64,000 nt of DNA from Eledone cirrhosa (lineage: Eukaryota): assembly GCA_964016885.1 (NCBI GenBank), contig OZ024746.1:4278001-4342000 (forward strand), read 5' to 3'. Below the pieces are notes generated by a model. It was given only the letters and a program-made list of their open reading frames with translations, did no database searches and was not told the origin of the DNA. Position numbers and translations under genes: made by a program. How positions within the stretch are numbered: position 1 is the first letter of the stretch; each line of letters starts with the position of its first letter. This document shows, one piece after another, positions 41,844 to 56,800 of the stretch.

Positions 41844-44800
41844 AACACCAGTAAGTCTTAGGTGAGAATGTTTGTTGTTCCTGCAACACCAGTAAGTCTT
41901 AGGTGAGAATGTTTGTTGTTGCTGCAACACCAGTAAGTCTTAGGTGAGAATGTTTGTTGTTGCTGCAACAGCAGTAAGTCTTAGATGAGAATGTTTGTTG
42001 TTGCTGCAACAGCAGTAAGTCTTAGATGAGAATGTTTGTTGTTGCTGCAACACCAGTAAGTCTTAGGTGAGAATGTTTGTTGTTCCTGCAACACCAGTAA
42101 GTCTTAGGTGAGAATGTTTGTTGTTGCTGCAACACCAGTAAGTCTTAGGTGAGAATGTTTGTTGTTCCTGCAACAGCAGTAAGTCTTAGGTGAGAATGTT
42201 TGTTGTTGCTGCAACACCAGTAAGTCTTAGGTGAGAATGTTTGTTGTTGCTGCAACACCAGTAAGTCTTAGGTGAGAATGTTTGTTGTTCCTGCAACAGC
42301 AGTAAGTCTTAGATGAGAATGTTTGTTGTTCCTGCAACACCAGTAAGTCTTAGGTGAGAATGTTTGTTGTTCCTGCAACACCAGTAAGTCTTAGGTGAGA
42401 ATGTTTGTTGTTGCTGCAACAGCAGTAAGTCTTAGGTGAGAATGTTTGTTGTTGCTGCAACAGCAGTAAGTCTTAGGTGAGAATGTTTGTTGTTGCTGCA
42501 ACACCAGTAAGTCTTAGATGAGAATGTTTGTTGTTCCTGCAACACCAGTAAGTCTTAGGTGAGAATGTTTGTTGTTCCTGCAACACCAGTAAGTCTTAGG
42601 TGAGAATGTTTGTTGTTGCTGCAACACCAGTAAGTCTTAGGTGAGAATGTTTGTTGTTGCTGCAACACCAGTAAGTCTTAGGTGAGAATGTTTGTTGTTG
42701 CTGCAACAGCAGTAAGTCTTAGATGAGAATGTTTATTGTTGCTGCAACAGCAGTAAGTCTTAGGTGAGAATGTTTGTTGTTGCTGCAACAGCAGTAAGTC
42801 TTAGGTGAGAATGTTTGTTGTTGCTGCAACAGCAGTAAGTCTTAGATGAGAATGTTTGTTGTTGCTGCAACAGCAGTAAGTCTTAGGTGAGAATGTTTGT
42901 TGTTGCTGCAACAGCAGTAAGTCTTAGATGAGAATGTTTGTTGTTGCTGCAACAGCAGTAAGTCTTAGGTGAGAATGTTTGTTGTTGCTGCAACACCAGT
43001 AAGTCTTAGGTGAGAATGTTTGTTGTTCCTGCAACACCAGTAAGTCTTAGGTGAGAATGTTTGTTGTTGCTGCAACACCAGTAAGTCTTAGGTGAGAATG
43101 TTTGTTGTTCCTGCAACAGCAGTAAGTCTTAGGTGAGAATGTTTGTTGTTGCTGCAACACCAGTAAGTCTTAGGTGAGAATGTTTGTTGTTGCTGCAACA
43201 GCAGTAAGTCTTAGATGAGAATGTTTGTTGCTGCTGCAACAGCAGTAAGTCTTAGATGAGAATGTTTGTTGTTGCTGCAACACCAGTAAGTCTTAGGTGA
43301 GAATGTTTGTTGTTGCTGCAACGCCAGTAAGTCTTAGGTGAGAATGTTTGTTGTTGCTGCAACACCAGTAAGTCTTAGGTGAGAATGTTTGTTGTTGCTG
43401 CAACACCAGTAAGTCTTAGGTGAGAATGTTTGTTGTTGCTGCAACACCAGTAAGTCTTAGGTGAGAATGTTTGTTGTTGCTGCAACACCAGTAAGTCTTA
43501 GGTGAGAATGTTTGTTGTTGCTGCAACACCAGTAAGTCTTAGGTGAGAATGTTTGTTGTTGCTGCAACACCAGTAAGTCTTAGGTGAGAATGTTTGTTGT
43601 TGCTGCAACACCAGTAAGTCTTAGGTGAGAATGTTTGTTGTTCCTGCAACAGCAGTAAGTCTTAGATGAGAATGTTTGTTGTTCCTGCAACACCAGTAAG
43701 TCTTAGGTGAGAATGTTTGTTGTTGCTGCAACAGCAGTAAGTCTTAGGTGAGAATGTTTGTTGTTGCTGCAACAGCAGTAAGTCTTAGGTGAGAATGTTT
43801 GTTGTTGCTGCAACACCAGTAAGTCTTAGATGAGAATGTTTGTTGTTCCTGCAACAGCAGTAAGTCTTAGATGAGAATGTTTGTTGTTGCTGCAACACCA
43901 GTAAGTCTTAGGTGAGAATGTTTGTTGTTGCTGCAACAGCAGTAAGTCTTAGATGAGAATGTTTGTTGTTCCTGCAACAGCAGTAAGTCTTAGATGAGAA
44001 TGTTTGTTGTTGCTGCAACAGCAGTAAGTCTTAGATGAGAATGTTTGTTGTTGCTGCAACACCAGTAAGTCTTAGATGAGAATGTTTGTTGTTCCTGCAA
44101 CACCAGTAAGTCTTAGGTGAGAATGTTTGTTGTTGCTGCAACACCAGTAAGTCTTAGGTGAGAATGTTTGTTGTTGCTGCAACACCAGTAAGTCTTAGGT
44201 GAGAATGTTTGTTGTTGCTGCAACAGCAGTAAGTCTTAGATGAGAATGTTTGTTGTTCCTGCAACACCAGTAAGTCTTAGGTGAGAAAGTTTGTTGTTGC
44301 TGCAACAGCAGTAAGTCTTAGATGAGAATGTTTGTTGTTGCTGCAACACCAGTAAGTCTTAGGTGAGAATCTTTGTTGTTGCTGCAACACCAGTAAGTCT
44401 TAGGTGAGAATGTTTGTTGTTGCTGCAACAGCAGTAAGTCTTAGGTGAGAATGTTTGTTGTTGCTGCAACAGCAGTAAGTCTTAGATGAGAATGTTTGTT
44501 GTTCCTGCAACACCAGTAAGTCTTAGGTGAGAAAGTTTGTTGTTGCTGCAACAGCAGTAAGTCTTAGATGAGAATGTTTGTTGTTGCTGCAACACCAGTA
44601 AGTCTTAGGTGAGAATCTTTGTTGTTGCTGCAACAGCAGTAAGTCTTAGATGAGAATGTTTGTTGTTGCTGCAACAGCAGTAAGTCTTAGGTGAGAATGT
44701 TTGTTGTTGCTGCAACAGCAGTAAGTCTTAGGTGAGAATGTTTGTTGTTGCTGCAACAGCAGTAAGTCTTAGGTGAGAATGTTTGTTGTTGCTGCAACAG

Positions 44801-47800
44801 CAGTAAGTCTTAGGTGAGAATGTTTGTTGTTGCTGCAACACCAGTAAGTCTTAGATGAGAATGTTTGTTGTTCCTGCAACAGCAGTAAGTCTTAGATGAG
44901 AATGTTTGTTGTTCCTGCAACAGCAGTAAGTCTTAGGTGAGAATGTTTGTTGTTGCTGCAACAGCAGTAAGTCTTAGGTGAGAATGTTTGTTGTTGCTGC
45001 AACAGCAGTAAGTCTTAGATGAGAATGTTTATTGTTGCTGCAACACCAGTAAGTCTTAGGTGAGAATGTTTGTTGTTCCTGCAACACCAGTAAGTCTTAG
45101 GTGAGAATGTTTGTTGTTGCTGCAACACCAGTAAGTCTTAGGTGAGAATGTTTGTTGTTGCTGCAACACCAGTAAGTCTTAGGTGAGAATGTTTGTTGTT
45201 GCTGCAACAGCAGTAAGTCTTAGATGAGAATGTTTGTTGTTGCTGCAACAGCAGTAAGTCTTAGGTGAGAATGTTTGTTGTTGCTGCAACACCAGTAAGT
45301 CTTAGGTGAGAATGTTTGTTGTTGCTGCAACAGCAGTAAGTCTTAGATGAGAATGTTTGTTGTTGCTGCAACAGCAGTAAGTCTTAGGTGAGAATGTTTG
45401 TTGTTGCTGCAACACCAGTAAGTCTTAGGTGAGAATGTTTGTTGTTGCTGCAACAGCAGTAAGTCTTATGTGAGAAAGTTTGTTGTTGCTGCAACAGCAG
45501 TAAGTCTTAGATGAGAATGTTTGTTGTTGCTGCAACACCAGTAAGTCTTAGGTGAGAATGTTTGTTGTTGCTGCAACAGCAGTAAGTCTTAGATGAGAAT
45601 GTTTGTTGTTGCTGCAACAGCAGTAAGTCTTAGGTGAGAATGTTTGTTGTTGCTGCAACACCAGTAAGTCTTAGGTGAGAATGTTTGTTGTTCCTGCAAC
45701 ACCAGTAAGTCTTAGGTGAGAATGTTTGTTGTTGCTGCAACACCAGTAAGTCTTAGGTGAGAATGTTTGTTGTTCCTGCAACACCAGTAAGTCTTAGGTG
45801 AGAATGTTTGTTGTTGCTGCAACACCAGTAAGTCTTAGGTGAGAATGTTTGTTGTTGCTGCAACACCAGTAAGTCTTAGGTGAGAATGTTTGTTGTTGCT
45901 GCAACACCAGTAAGTCTTAGGTGAGAATGTTTGTTGTTGCTGCAACAGCAGTAAGTCTTAGATGAGAATGTTTGTTGTTGCTGCAACAGCAGTAAGTCTT
46001 AGGTGAGAATGTTTGTTGTTGCTGCAACACCAGTAAGTCTTAGGTGAGAATGTTTGTTGTTCCTGCAACACCAGTAAGTCTTAGGTGAGAATGTTTGTTG
46101 TTGCTGCAACACCAGTAAGTCTTAGGTGAGAATGTTTGTTGTTGCTGCAACACCAGTAAGTCTTAGGTGAGAATGTTTGTTGTTGCTGCAACACCAGTAA
46201 GTCTTAGGTGAGAATGTTTGTTGTTGCTGCAACACCAGTAAGTCTTAGGTGAGAATGTTTGTTGTTGCTGCAACAGCAGTAAGTCTTAGATGAGAATGTT
46301 TGTTGTTGCTGCAACAGCAGTAAGTCTTAGGTGAGAATGTTTGTTGTTGCTGCAACACCAGTAAGTCTTAGGTGAGAATGTTTGTTGTTGCTGCAACAGC
46401 AGTAAGTCTTAGATGAGAATGTTTGTTGTTGCTGCAACAGCAGTAAGTCTTAGGTGAGAATGTTTGTTGTTGCTGCAACACCAGTAAGTCTTAGGTGAGA
46501 ATGTTTGTTGTTGCTGCAACAGCAGTAAGTCTTATGTGAGAAAGTTTGTTGTTGCTGCAACAGCAGTAAGTCTTAGATGAGAATGTTTGTTGTTGCTGCA
46601 ACACCAGTAAGTCTTAGGTGAGAATGTTTGTTGTTGCTGCAACAGCAGTAAGTCTTAGATGAGAATGTTTGTTGTTGCTGCAACAGCAGTAAGTCTTAGG
46701 TGAGAATGTTTGTTGTTGCTGCAACACCAGTAAGTCTTAGGTGAGAATGTTTGTTGTTCCTGCAACACCAGTAAGTCTTAGGTGAGAATGTTTGTTGTTG
46801 CTGCAACACCAGTAAGTCTTAGGTGAGAATGTTTGTTGTTCCTGCAACACCAGTAAGTCTTAGGTGAGAATGTTTGTTGTTGCTGCAACACCAGTAAGTC
46901 TTAGGTGAGAATGTTTGTTGTTGCTGCAACACCAGTAAGTCTTAGGTGAGAATGTTTGTTGTTGCTGCAACACCAGTAAGTCTTAGGTGAGAATGTTTGT
47001 TGTTGCTGCAACACCAGTAAGTCTTAGGTAAGAATGTTTGTTGTTGCTGCAACACCAGTAAGTCTTAGGTGAGAATGTTTGTTGTTGCTGCAACAGCAGT
47101 AAGTCTTAGGTGAGAATGTTTGTTGTTGCTGCAACACCAGTAAGTCTTAGGTGAGAATGTTTGTTGTTGCTGCAACACCAGTAAGTCTTAGGTGAGAATG
47201 TTTGTTGTTGCTGCAACAGCAGTAAGTCTTAGGTGAGAATGTTTGTTGTTGCTGCAACAGCAGTAAGTCTTAGGTGAGAATGTTTGTTGTTGCTGCAACA
47301 CCAGTAAGTCTTAGATGAGAATGTTTGTTGTTCCTGCAACAGCAGTAAGTCTTAGATGAGAATGTTTGTTGTTCCTGCAACACCAGTAAGTCTTAGGTGA
47401 GAATGTTTGTTGTTCCTGCAACACCAGTAAGTCTTAGGTGAGAATGTTTGTTGTTGCTGCAACACCAGTAAGTCTTAGGTGAGAATGTTTGTTGTTGCTG
47501 CAACACCAGTAAGTCTTAGGTGAGAATGTTTGTTGTTGCTGCAACAGCAGTAAGTCTTAGATGAGAATGTTTGTTGTTGCTGCAACAGCAGTAAGTCTTA
47601 GGTGAGAATGTTTGTTGTTGCTGCAACAGCAGTAAGTCTTAGGTGAGAATGTTTGTTGTTGCTGCAACAGCAGTAAGTCTTAGATGAGAATGTTTGTTAT
47701 GCTGCAACACCAGTAAGTCTTAGGTGAGAATGTTTGTTGTTGCTGCAACAGCAGTAAGTCTTAGATGAGAATGTTTGTTGTTGCTGCAACAGCAGTAAGT

Positions 47801-50800
47801 CTTAGGTGAGAATGTTTGTTGTTGCTGCAACACCAGTAAGTCTTAGGTGAGAATGTTTGTTGTTCCTGCAACACCAGTAAGTCTTAGGTGAGAATGTTTG
47901 TTGTTGCTGCAACACCAGTAAGTCTTAGGTGAGAATGTTTGTTGTTCCTGCAACAGCAGTAAGTCTTAGGTGAGAATGTTTGTTGTTGCTGCAACACCAG
48001 TAAGTCTTAGGTGAGAATGTTTGTTGTTGCTGCAACACCAGTAAGTCTTAGGTGAGAATGTTTGTTGTTGCTGCAACACCAGTAAGTCTTAGGTGAGAAT
48101 GTTTGTTGTTGCTGCAACACCAGTAAGTCTTAGGTAAGAATGTTTGTTGTTGCTGCAACACCAGTAAGTCTTAGGTGAGAATGTTTGTTGTTGCTGCAAC
48201 AGCAGTAAGTCTTAGGTGAGAATGTTTGTTGTTCCTGCAACACCAGTAAGTCTTAGGTGAGAATGTTTGTTGTTGCTGCAACACCAGTAAGTCTTAGGTG
48301 AGAATGTTTGTTGTTGCTGCAACACCAGTAAGTCTTAGGTGAGAATGTTTGTTGTTGCTGCAACACCAGTAAGTCTTAGGTGAGAATGTTTGTTGTTGCT
48401 GCAACAGCACTAAGTCTTAGGTGAGAATGTTTGTTGTTCCTGCAACACCAGTAAGTCTTAGGTGAGAATGTTTGTTGTTCCTGCAACACCAGTAAGTCTT
48501 AGGTGAGAATGTTTGTTGTTGCTGCAACACCAGTAAGTCTTAGATGAGAATGTTTGTTGTTGCTGCAACAGCAGTAAGTCTTAGGTGAGAATGTTTGTTG
48601 TTCCTGCAACACCAGTAAGTCTTAGGTGAGAATGTTTGTTGTTGCTGCAACACCAGTAAGTCTTAGGTGAGAATGTTTGTTGTTGCTGCAACACCAGTAA
48701 GTCTTAGGTGAGAATGTTTGTTGTTGCTGCAACAGCAGTAAGTCTTAGATGAGAATGTTTGTTGTTGCTGCAACAGCAGTAAGTCTTAGGTGAGAATGTT
48801 TGTTGTTGCTGCAACAGCAGTAAGTCTTAGGTGAGAATGTTTGTTGTTGCTGCAACAGCAGTAAGTCTTAGATGAGAATGTTTGTTGTTGCTGCAACAGC
48901 AGTAAGTCTTAGATGAGAATGTTTGTTGTTGCTGCAACACCAGTAAGTCTTAGATGAGAATGTTTGTTGTTCCTGCAACACCAGTAAGTCTTAGATGAGA
49001 ATGTTTGTTGTTGCTGCAACACCAGTAAGTCTTAGATGAGAATGTTTGTTGTTCCTGCAACACCAGTAAGTCTTAGATGAGAATGTTTGTTGTTGCTGCA
49101 ACAGCAGTAAGTCTTAGATGAGAATGTGTGTTGTTGCTGCAACACCAGTAAGTCTTAGATGAGAATGTTTGTTGTTGCTGCAACACCAGTAAGTCTTAGG
49201 TGAGAATGTTTGTTGTTGCTGCAACAGCAGTAAGTCTTAGGTGAGAATGTTTGTTGTTGCTGCAACACCAGTAAGTCTTAGGTGAGAATGTTTGTTGTTG
49301 CTGCAACACCAGTAAGTCTTAGGTGAGAATGTTTGTTGTTGCTGCAACAGCAGTAAGTCTTAGATGAGAATGTTTGTTGTTGCTGCAACAGCAGTAAGTC
49401 TTAGGTGAGAATGTTTGTTGTTGCTGCAACAGCAGTAAGTCTTAGGTGAGAATGTTTGTTGTTGCTGCAACAGCAGTAAGTCTTAGATGAGAATGTTTGT
49501 TGTTGCTGCAACACCAGTAAGTCTTAGGTGAGAATGTTTGTTGTTCCTGCAACAGCAGTACGTCTTAGGTGAGAATGTTTGTTGTTGCTGCAACACCAGT
49601 AAGTCTTAGGTGAGAATGTTTGTTGTTGCTGCAACACCAGTAAGTCTTAGGTGAGAATGTTTGTTGTTGCTGCAACACCAGTAAGTCTTAGGTGAGAATG
49701 TTTGTTGTTGCTGCAACACCAGTAAGTCTTAGATGAGAATGTTTGTTGTTGCTGCAACAGCAGTAAGTCTTAGGTGAGAATGTTTGTTGTTGCTGCAACA
49801 GCAGTAAGTCTTAGGTGAGAATGTTTGTTGTTGCTGCAACAGCAGTAAGTCTTAGATGAGAATGTTTGTTGTTGCTGCAACACCAGTAAGTCTTAGGTGA
49901 GAATGTTTGTTGTTGCTGCAACAGCAGTAAGTCTTAGGTGAGAATGTTTGTTGTTGCTGCAACAGCAGTAAGTCTTAGATGAGAATGTTTGTTGTTGCTG
50001 CAACAGCAGTAAGTCTTAGGTGAGAATGTTTGTTGTTGCTGCCACAGCAGTAAGTCTTAGGTGAGAATGTTTGTTGTTGCTGCAACACCAGTAAGTCTTA
50101 GGTGAGAATGTTTGTTGTTGCTGCAACACCAGTAAGTCTTAGATGAGAATGTTTGTTGTTCCTGCAACAGCAGTAAGTCTTAGATGAGAATGTTTGTTGT
50201 TCCTGCAACACCAGTAAGTCTTAGGTGAGAATGTTTGTTGTTCCTGCAACACCAGTAAGTCTTAGATGAGAATGTTTGTTGTTCCTGCAACACCAGTAAG
50301 TCTTAGATGAGAATGTTTGTTGTTCCTGCAACACCAGTAAGTCTTAGGTGAGAATGTTTGTTGTTGCTGCAACACCAGTAAGTCTTAGATGAGAATGTTT
50401 GTTGTTCCTGCAACAGCAGTAAGTCTTAGATGAGAATGTTTGTTGTTGCTGCAACACCAGTAAGTCTTAGGTGAGAATGTTTGTTGTTGCTGCAACACCA
50501 GTAAGTCTTAGGTGAGAATGTTTGTTGTTGCTGCAACACCAGTAAGTCTTAGGTGAGAATGTTTGTTGTTGCTGCAACAGCAGTAAGTCTTAGATGAGAA
50601 TGTTTGTTGTTGCTGCAACAGCAGTAAGTCTTAGGTGAGAATGTTTGTTGTTGCTGCAACAGCAGTAAGTCTTAGGTGAGAATGTTTGTTGTTGCTGCAA
50701 CAGCAGTAAGTCTTAGATGAGAATGTTTGTTATGCTGCAACACCAGTAAGTCTTAGGTGAGAATGTTTGTTGTTGCTGCAACAGCAGTAAGTCTTAGATG

Positions 50801-53800
50801 AGAATGTTTGTTGTTGCTGCAACAGCAGTAAGTCTTAGGTGAGAATGTTTGTTGTTGCTGCAACACCAGTAAGTCTTAGGTGAGAATGTTTGTTGTTCCT
50901 GCAACACCAGTAAGTCTTAGGTGAGAATGTTTGTTGTTGCTGCAACACCAGTAAGTCTTAGGTGAGAATGTTTGTTGTTCCTGCAACAGCAGTAAGTCTT
51001 AGGTGAGAATGTTTGTTGTTGCTGCAACACCAGTAAGTCTTAGGTGAGAATGTTTGTTGTTGCTGCAACACCAGTAAGTCTTAGGTGAGAATGTTTGTTG
51101 TTGCTGCAACACCAGTAAGTCTTAGGTGAGAATGTTTGTTGTTGCTGCAACACCAGTAAGTCTTAGGTAAGAATGTTTGTTGTTGCTGCAACACCAGTAA
51201 GTCTTAGGTGAGAATGTTTGTTGTTGCTGCAACAGCAGTAAGTCTTAGGTGAGAATGTTTGTTGTTCCTGCAACACCAGTAAGTCTTAGGTGAGAATGTT
51301 TGTTGTTGCTGCAACACCAGTAAGTCTTAGGTGAGAATGTTTGTTGTTGCTGCAACACCAGTAAGTCTTAGGTGAGAATGTTTGTTGTTGCTGCAACACC
51401 AGTAAGTCTTAGGTGAGAATGTTTGTTGTTGCTGCAACAGCACTAAGTCTTAGGTGAGAATGTTTGTTGTTCCTGCAACACCAGTAAGTCTTAGGTGAGA
51501 ATGTTTGTTGTTGCTGCAACACCAGTAAGTCTTAGGTGAGAATGTTCGTTGTTGCTGCAACAGCAGTAAGTCTTAGATGAGAATGTTTGTTGTTGCTGCA
51601 ACAGCAGTAAGTCTTAGATGAGAATGTTTGTTGTTCCTGCAACACCAGTAAGTCTTAGGTGAGAATGTTTGTTGTTGTTGCAACAGCAGTAAGTCTTAGG
51701 TGAGAATGTTTGTTGTTACTGCAACAGCAGTAAGTCGTAGGTGAGAATGTTTGTTGTTGCTGCAACACCAGTAAGTCTTAGGTGAGAATGTTCGTTGTTG
51801 CTGCAACAGCAGTAAGTCTTAGATGAGAATGTTTGTTGTTGCTGCAACAGCAGTAAGTCTTAGATGAGAATGTTTGTTGTTCCTGCAACACCAGTAAGTC
51901 TTAGGTGAGAATGTTTGTTGTTGCTGCAACAGCAGTAAGTCTTAGGTGAGAATGTTTGTTGTTACTGCAACAGCAGTAAGTCGTAGGTGAGAATGTTTGT
52001 TGTTGCTGCAACACCAGTAAGTCTTAGGTGAGAATGTTTGTTGTTGCTGCAACAGCAGTAAGTCTTAGGTGAGAATGTTTGTTGTTGCTGCAACACCAGT
52101 AAGTCTTAGGTGAGAATGTTTGTTGTTGCTGCAACACCAGTAAGTCTTAGGTGAGAATGTTTGTTGTTGCTGCAACACCAGTAAGTCTTAGGTGAGAATG
52201 TTTGTTGTTGCTGCAACACCAGTAAGTCTTAGGTGAGAATGTTTGTTGTTGCTGCAACAGCAGTAAGTCTTAGATGAGAATGTTTGTTGTTGCTGCAACA
52301 GCAGTAAGTCTTAGGTGAGAATGTTTGTTGTTGCTGCAACAGCAGTAAGTCTTATGTGAGAAAGTTTGTTGTTGCTGCAACAGCAGTAAGTCTTAGATGA
52401 GAATGTTTGTTGTTGCTGCAACACCAGTAAGTCTTAGGTGAGAATGTTTGTTGTTGCTGCAACAGCAGTAAGTCTTAGATGAGAATGTTTGTTGTTGCTG
52501 CAACAGCAGTAAGTCTTAGGTGAGAATGTTTGTTGTTGCTGCAACACCAGTAAGTCTTAGGTGAGAATGTTTGTTGTTCCTGCAACACCAGTAAGTCTTA
52601 GGTGAGAATGTTTGTTGTTGCTGCAACACCAGTAAGTCTTAGGTGAGAATGTTTGTTGTTCCTGCAACACCAGTAAGTCTTAGGTGAGAATGTTTGTTGT
52701 TGCTGCAACACCAGTAAGTCTTAGGTGAGAATGTTTGTTGTTGCTGCAACACCAGTAAGTCTTAGGTGAGAATGTTTGTTGTTGCTGCAACACCAGTAAG
52801 TCTTAGGTGAGAATGTTTGTTGTTGCTGCAACACCAGTAAGTCTTAGGTAAGAATGTTTGTTGTTGCTGCAACACCAGTAAGTCTTAGGTGAGAATGTTT
52901 GTTGTTGCTGCAACAGCAGTAAGTCTTAGGTGAGAATGTTTGTTGTTGCTGCAACACCAGTAAGTCTTAGGTGAGAATGTTTGTTGTTGCTGCAACACCA
53001 GTAAGTCTTAGGTGAGAATGTTTGTTGTTGCTGCAACAGCAGTAAGTCTTAGGTGAGAATGTTTGTTGTTGCTGCAACAGCAGTAAGTCTTAGGTGAGAA
53101 TGTTTGTTGTTGCTGCAACACCAGTAAGTCTTAGATGAGAATGTTTGTTGTTCCTGCAACAGCAGTAAGTCTTAGATGAGAATGTTTGTTGTTCCTGCAA
53201 CACCAGTAAGTCTTAGGTGAGAATGTTTGTTGTTCCTGCAACACCAGTAAGTCTTAGGTGAGAATGTTTGTTGTTGCTGCAACACCAGTAAGTCTTAGGT
53301 GAGAATGTTTGTTGTTGCTGCAACACCAGTAAGTCTTAGGTGAGAATGTTTGTTGTTGCTGCAACAGCAGTAAGTCTTAGATGAGAATGTTTGTTGTTGC
53401 TGCAACAGCAGTAAGTCTTAGGTGAGAATGTTTGTTGTTGCTGCAACAGCAGTAAGTCTTAGGTGAGAATGTTTGTTGTTGCTGCAACAGCAGTAAGTCT
53501 TAGATGAGAATGTTTGTTATGCTGCAACACCAGTAAGTCTTAGGTGAGAATGTTTGTTGTTGCTGCAACAGCAGTAAGTCTTAGATGAGAATGTTTGTTG
53601 TTGCTGCAACAGCAGTAAGTCTTAGGTGAGAATGTTTGTTGTTGCTGCAACACCAGTAAGTCTTAGGTGAGAATGTTTGTTGTTCCTGCAACACCAGTAA
53701 GTCTTAGGTGAGAATGTTTGTTGTTGCTGCAACACCAGTAAGTCTTAGGTGAGAATGTTTGTTGTTCCTGCAACAGCAGTAAGTCTTAGGTGAGAATGTT

Positions 53801-56800
53801 TGTTGTTGCTGCAACACCAGTAAGTCTTAGGTGAGAATGTTTGTTGTTGCTGCAACACCAGTAAGTCTTAGGTGAGAATGTTTGTTGTTGCTGCAACACC
53901 AGTAAGTCTTAGGTGAGAATGTTTGTTGTTGCTGCAACACCAGTAAGTCTTAGGTAAGAATGTTTGTTGTTGCTGCAACACCAGTAAGTCTTAGGTGAGA
54001 ATGTTTGTTGTTGCTGCAACAGCAGTAAGTCTTAGGTGAGAATGTTTGTTGTTCCTGCAACACCAGTAAGTCTTAGGTGAGAATGTTTGTTGTTGCTGCA
54101 ACACCAGTAAGTCTTAGGTGAGAATGTTTGTTGTTGCTGCAACACCAGTAAGTCTTAGGTGAGAATGTTTGTTGTTGCTGCAACACCAGTAAGTCTTAGG
54201 TGAGAATGTTTGTTGTTGCTGCAACAGCACTAAGTCTTAGGTGAGAATGTTTGTTGTTCCTGCAACACCAGTAAGTCTTAGGTGAGAATGTTTGTTGTTC
54301 CTGCAACACCAGTAAGTCTTAGGTGAGAATGTTTGTTGTTGCTGCAACACCAGTAAGTCTTAGATGAGAATGTTTGTTGTTGCTGCAACAGCAGTAAGTC
54401 TTAGGTGAGAATGTTTGTTGTTCCTGCAACACCAGTAAGTCTTAGGTGAGAATGTTTGTTGTTGCTGCAACACCAGTAAGTCTTAGGTGAGAATGTTTGT
54501 TGTTGCTGCAACACCAGTAAGTCTTAGGTGAGAATGTTTGTTGTTGCTGCAACAGCAGTAAGTCTTAGATGAGAATGTTTGTTGTTGCTGCAACAGCAGT
54601 AAGTCTTAGGTGAGAATGTTTGTTGTTGCTGCAACAGCAGTAAGTCTTAGGTGAGAATGTTTGTTGTTGCTGCAACAGCAGTAAGTCTTAGATGAGAATG
54701 TTTGTTGTTGCTGCAACAGCAGTAAGTCTTAGATGAGAATGTTTGTTGTTGCTGCAACACCAGTAAGTCTTAGATGAGAATGTTTGTTGTTCCTGCAACA
54801 CCAGTAAGTCTTAGATGAGAATGTTTGTTGTTGCTGCAACACCAGTAAGTCTTAGATGAGAATGTTTGTTGTTCCTGCAACACCAGTAAGTCTTAGATGA
54901 GAATGTTTGTTGTTGCTGCAACAGCAGTAAGTCTTAGATGAGAATGTTTGTTGTTGCTGCAACACCAGTAAGTCTTAGATGAGAATGTTTGTTGTTGCTG
55001 CAACACCAGTAAGTCTTAGGTGAGAATGTTTGTTGTTGCTGCAACAGCAGTAAGTCTTAGGTGAGAATGTTTGTTGTTGCTGCAACACCAGTAAGTCTTA
55101 GGTGAGAATGTTTGTTGTTGCTGCAACACCAGTAAGTCTTAGGTGAGAATGTTTGTTGTTGCTGCAACAGCAGTAAGTCTTAGATGAGAATGTTTGTTGT
55201 TGCTGCAACAGCAGTAAGTCTTAGGTGAGAATGTTTGTTGTTGCTGCAACAGCAGTAAGTCTTAGGTGAGAATGTTTGTTGTTGCTGCAACAGCAGTAAG
55301 TCTTAGATGAGAATGTTTGTTGTTGCTGCAACACCAGTAAGTCTTAGGTGAGAATGTTTGTTGTTCCTGCAACAGCAGTACGTCTTAGGTGAGAATGTTT
55401 GTTGTTGCTGCAACACCAGTAAGTCTTAGGTGAGAATGTTTGTTGTTGCTGCAACACCAGTAAGTCTTAGGTGAGAATGTTTGTTGTTGCTGCAACACCA
55501 GTAAGTCTTAGGTGAGAATGTTTGTTGTTGCTGCAACACCAGTAAGTCTTAGGTGAGAATGTTTGTTGTTGCTGCAACAGCAGTAAGTCTTAGGTGAGAA
55601 TGTTTGTTGTTGCTGCAACAGCAGTAAGTCTTAGGTGAGAATGTTTATTGTTGCTGCAACAGCAGTAAGTCTTAGGTGAGAATGTTTGTTGTTGCTGCAA
55701 CACCAGTAAGTCTTAGATGAGAATGTTTGTTGTTGCTGCAACAGCAGTAAGTCTTAGGTGAGAATGTTTGTTGTTGCTGCAACAGCAGTAAGTCTTAGGT
55801 GAGAATGTTTGTTGTTGCTGCAACAGCAGTAAGTCTTAGATGAGAATGTTTGTTGTTGCTGCAACACCAGTAAGTCTTAGGTGAGAATGTTTGTTGTTGC
55901 TGCAACAGCAGTAAGTCTTAGGTGAGAATGTTTGTTGTTGCTGCAACAGCAGTAAGTCTTAGATGAGAATGTTTGTTGTTGCTGCAACAGCAGTAAGTCT
56001 TAGGTGAGAATGTTTGTTGTTGCTGCCACAGCAGTAAGTCTTAGGTGAGAATGTTTGTTGTTGCTGCAACACCAGTAAGTCTTAGGTGAGAATGTTTGTT
56101 GTTGCTGCAACACCAGTAAGTCTTAGATGAGAATGTTTGTTGTTGCTGCAACAGCAGTAAGTCTTAGGTGAGAATGTTTGTTGTTGCTGCAACAGCAGTA
56201 AGTCTTAGGTGAGAATGTTTGTTGTTGCTGCAACACCAGTAAGTCTTAGGTGAGAATGTTCGTTGTTGCTGCAACAGCAGTAAGTCTTAGATGAGAATGT
56301 TTGTTGTTGCTGCAACAGCAGTAAGTCTTAGATGAGAATGTTTGTTGTTCCTGCAACACCAGTAAGTCTTAGGTGAGAATGTTTGTTGTTGCTGCAACAC
56401 CAGTAAGTCTTAGATGAGAATGTTTGTTGTTGCTGCAACAGCAGTAAGTCTTAGGTGAGAATGTTTGTTGTTGCTGCAACACCAGTAAGTCTTAGATGAG
56501 AATGTTTGTTGTTGCTGCAACACCAGTAAGTCTTAGATGAGAATGTTTGTTGTTGCTGCAACAGCAGTAAGTCTTAGATGAGAATGTTTGTTGTTGCTGC
56601 AACACCAGTAAGTCTTAGATGAGAATGTTTGTTGTTGCTGCAACAGCAGTAAGTCTTAGATGAGAATGTTTGTTGTTGCTGCAACAGCAGTAAGTCTTAG
56701 GTGAGAATGTTTGTTGTTGCTGCAACACCAGTAAGTCTTAGATGAGAATGTTTGTTGTTGCTGCAACAGCAGTAAGTCTTAGGTGAGAATGTTTGTTGTT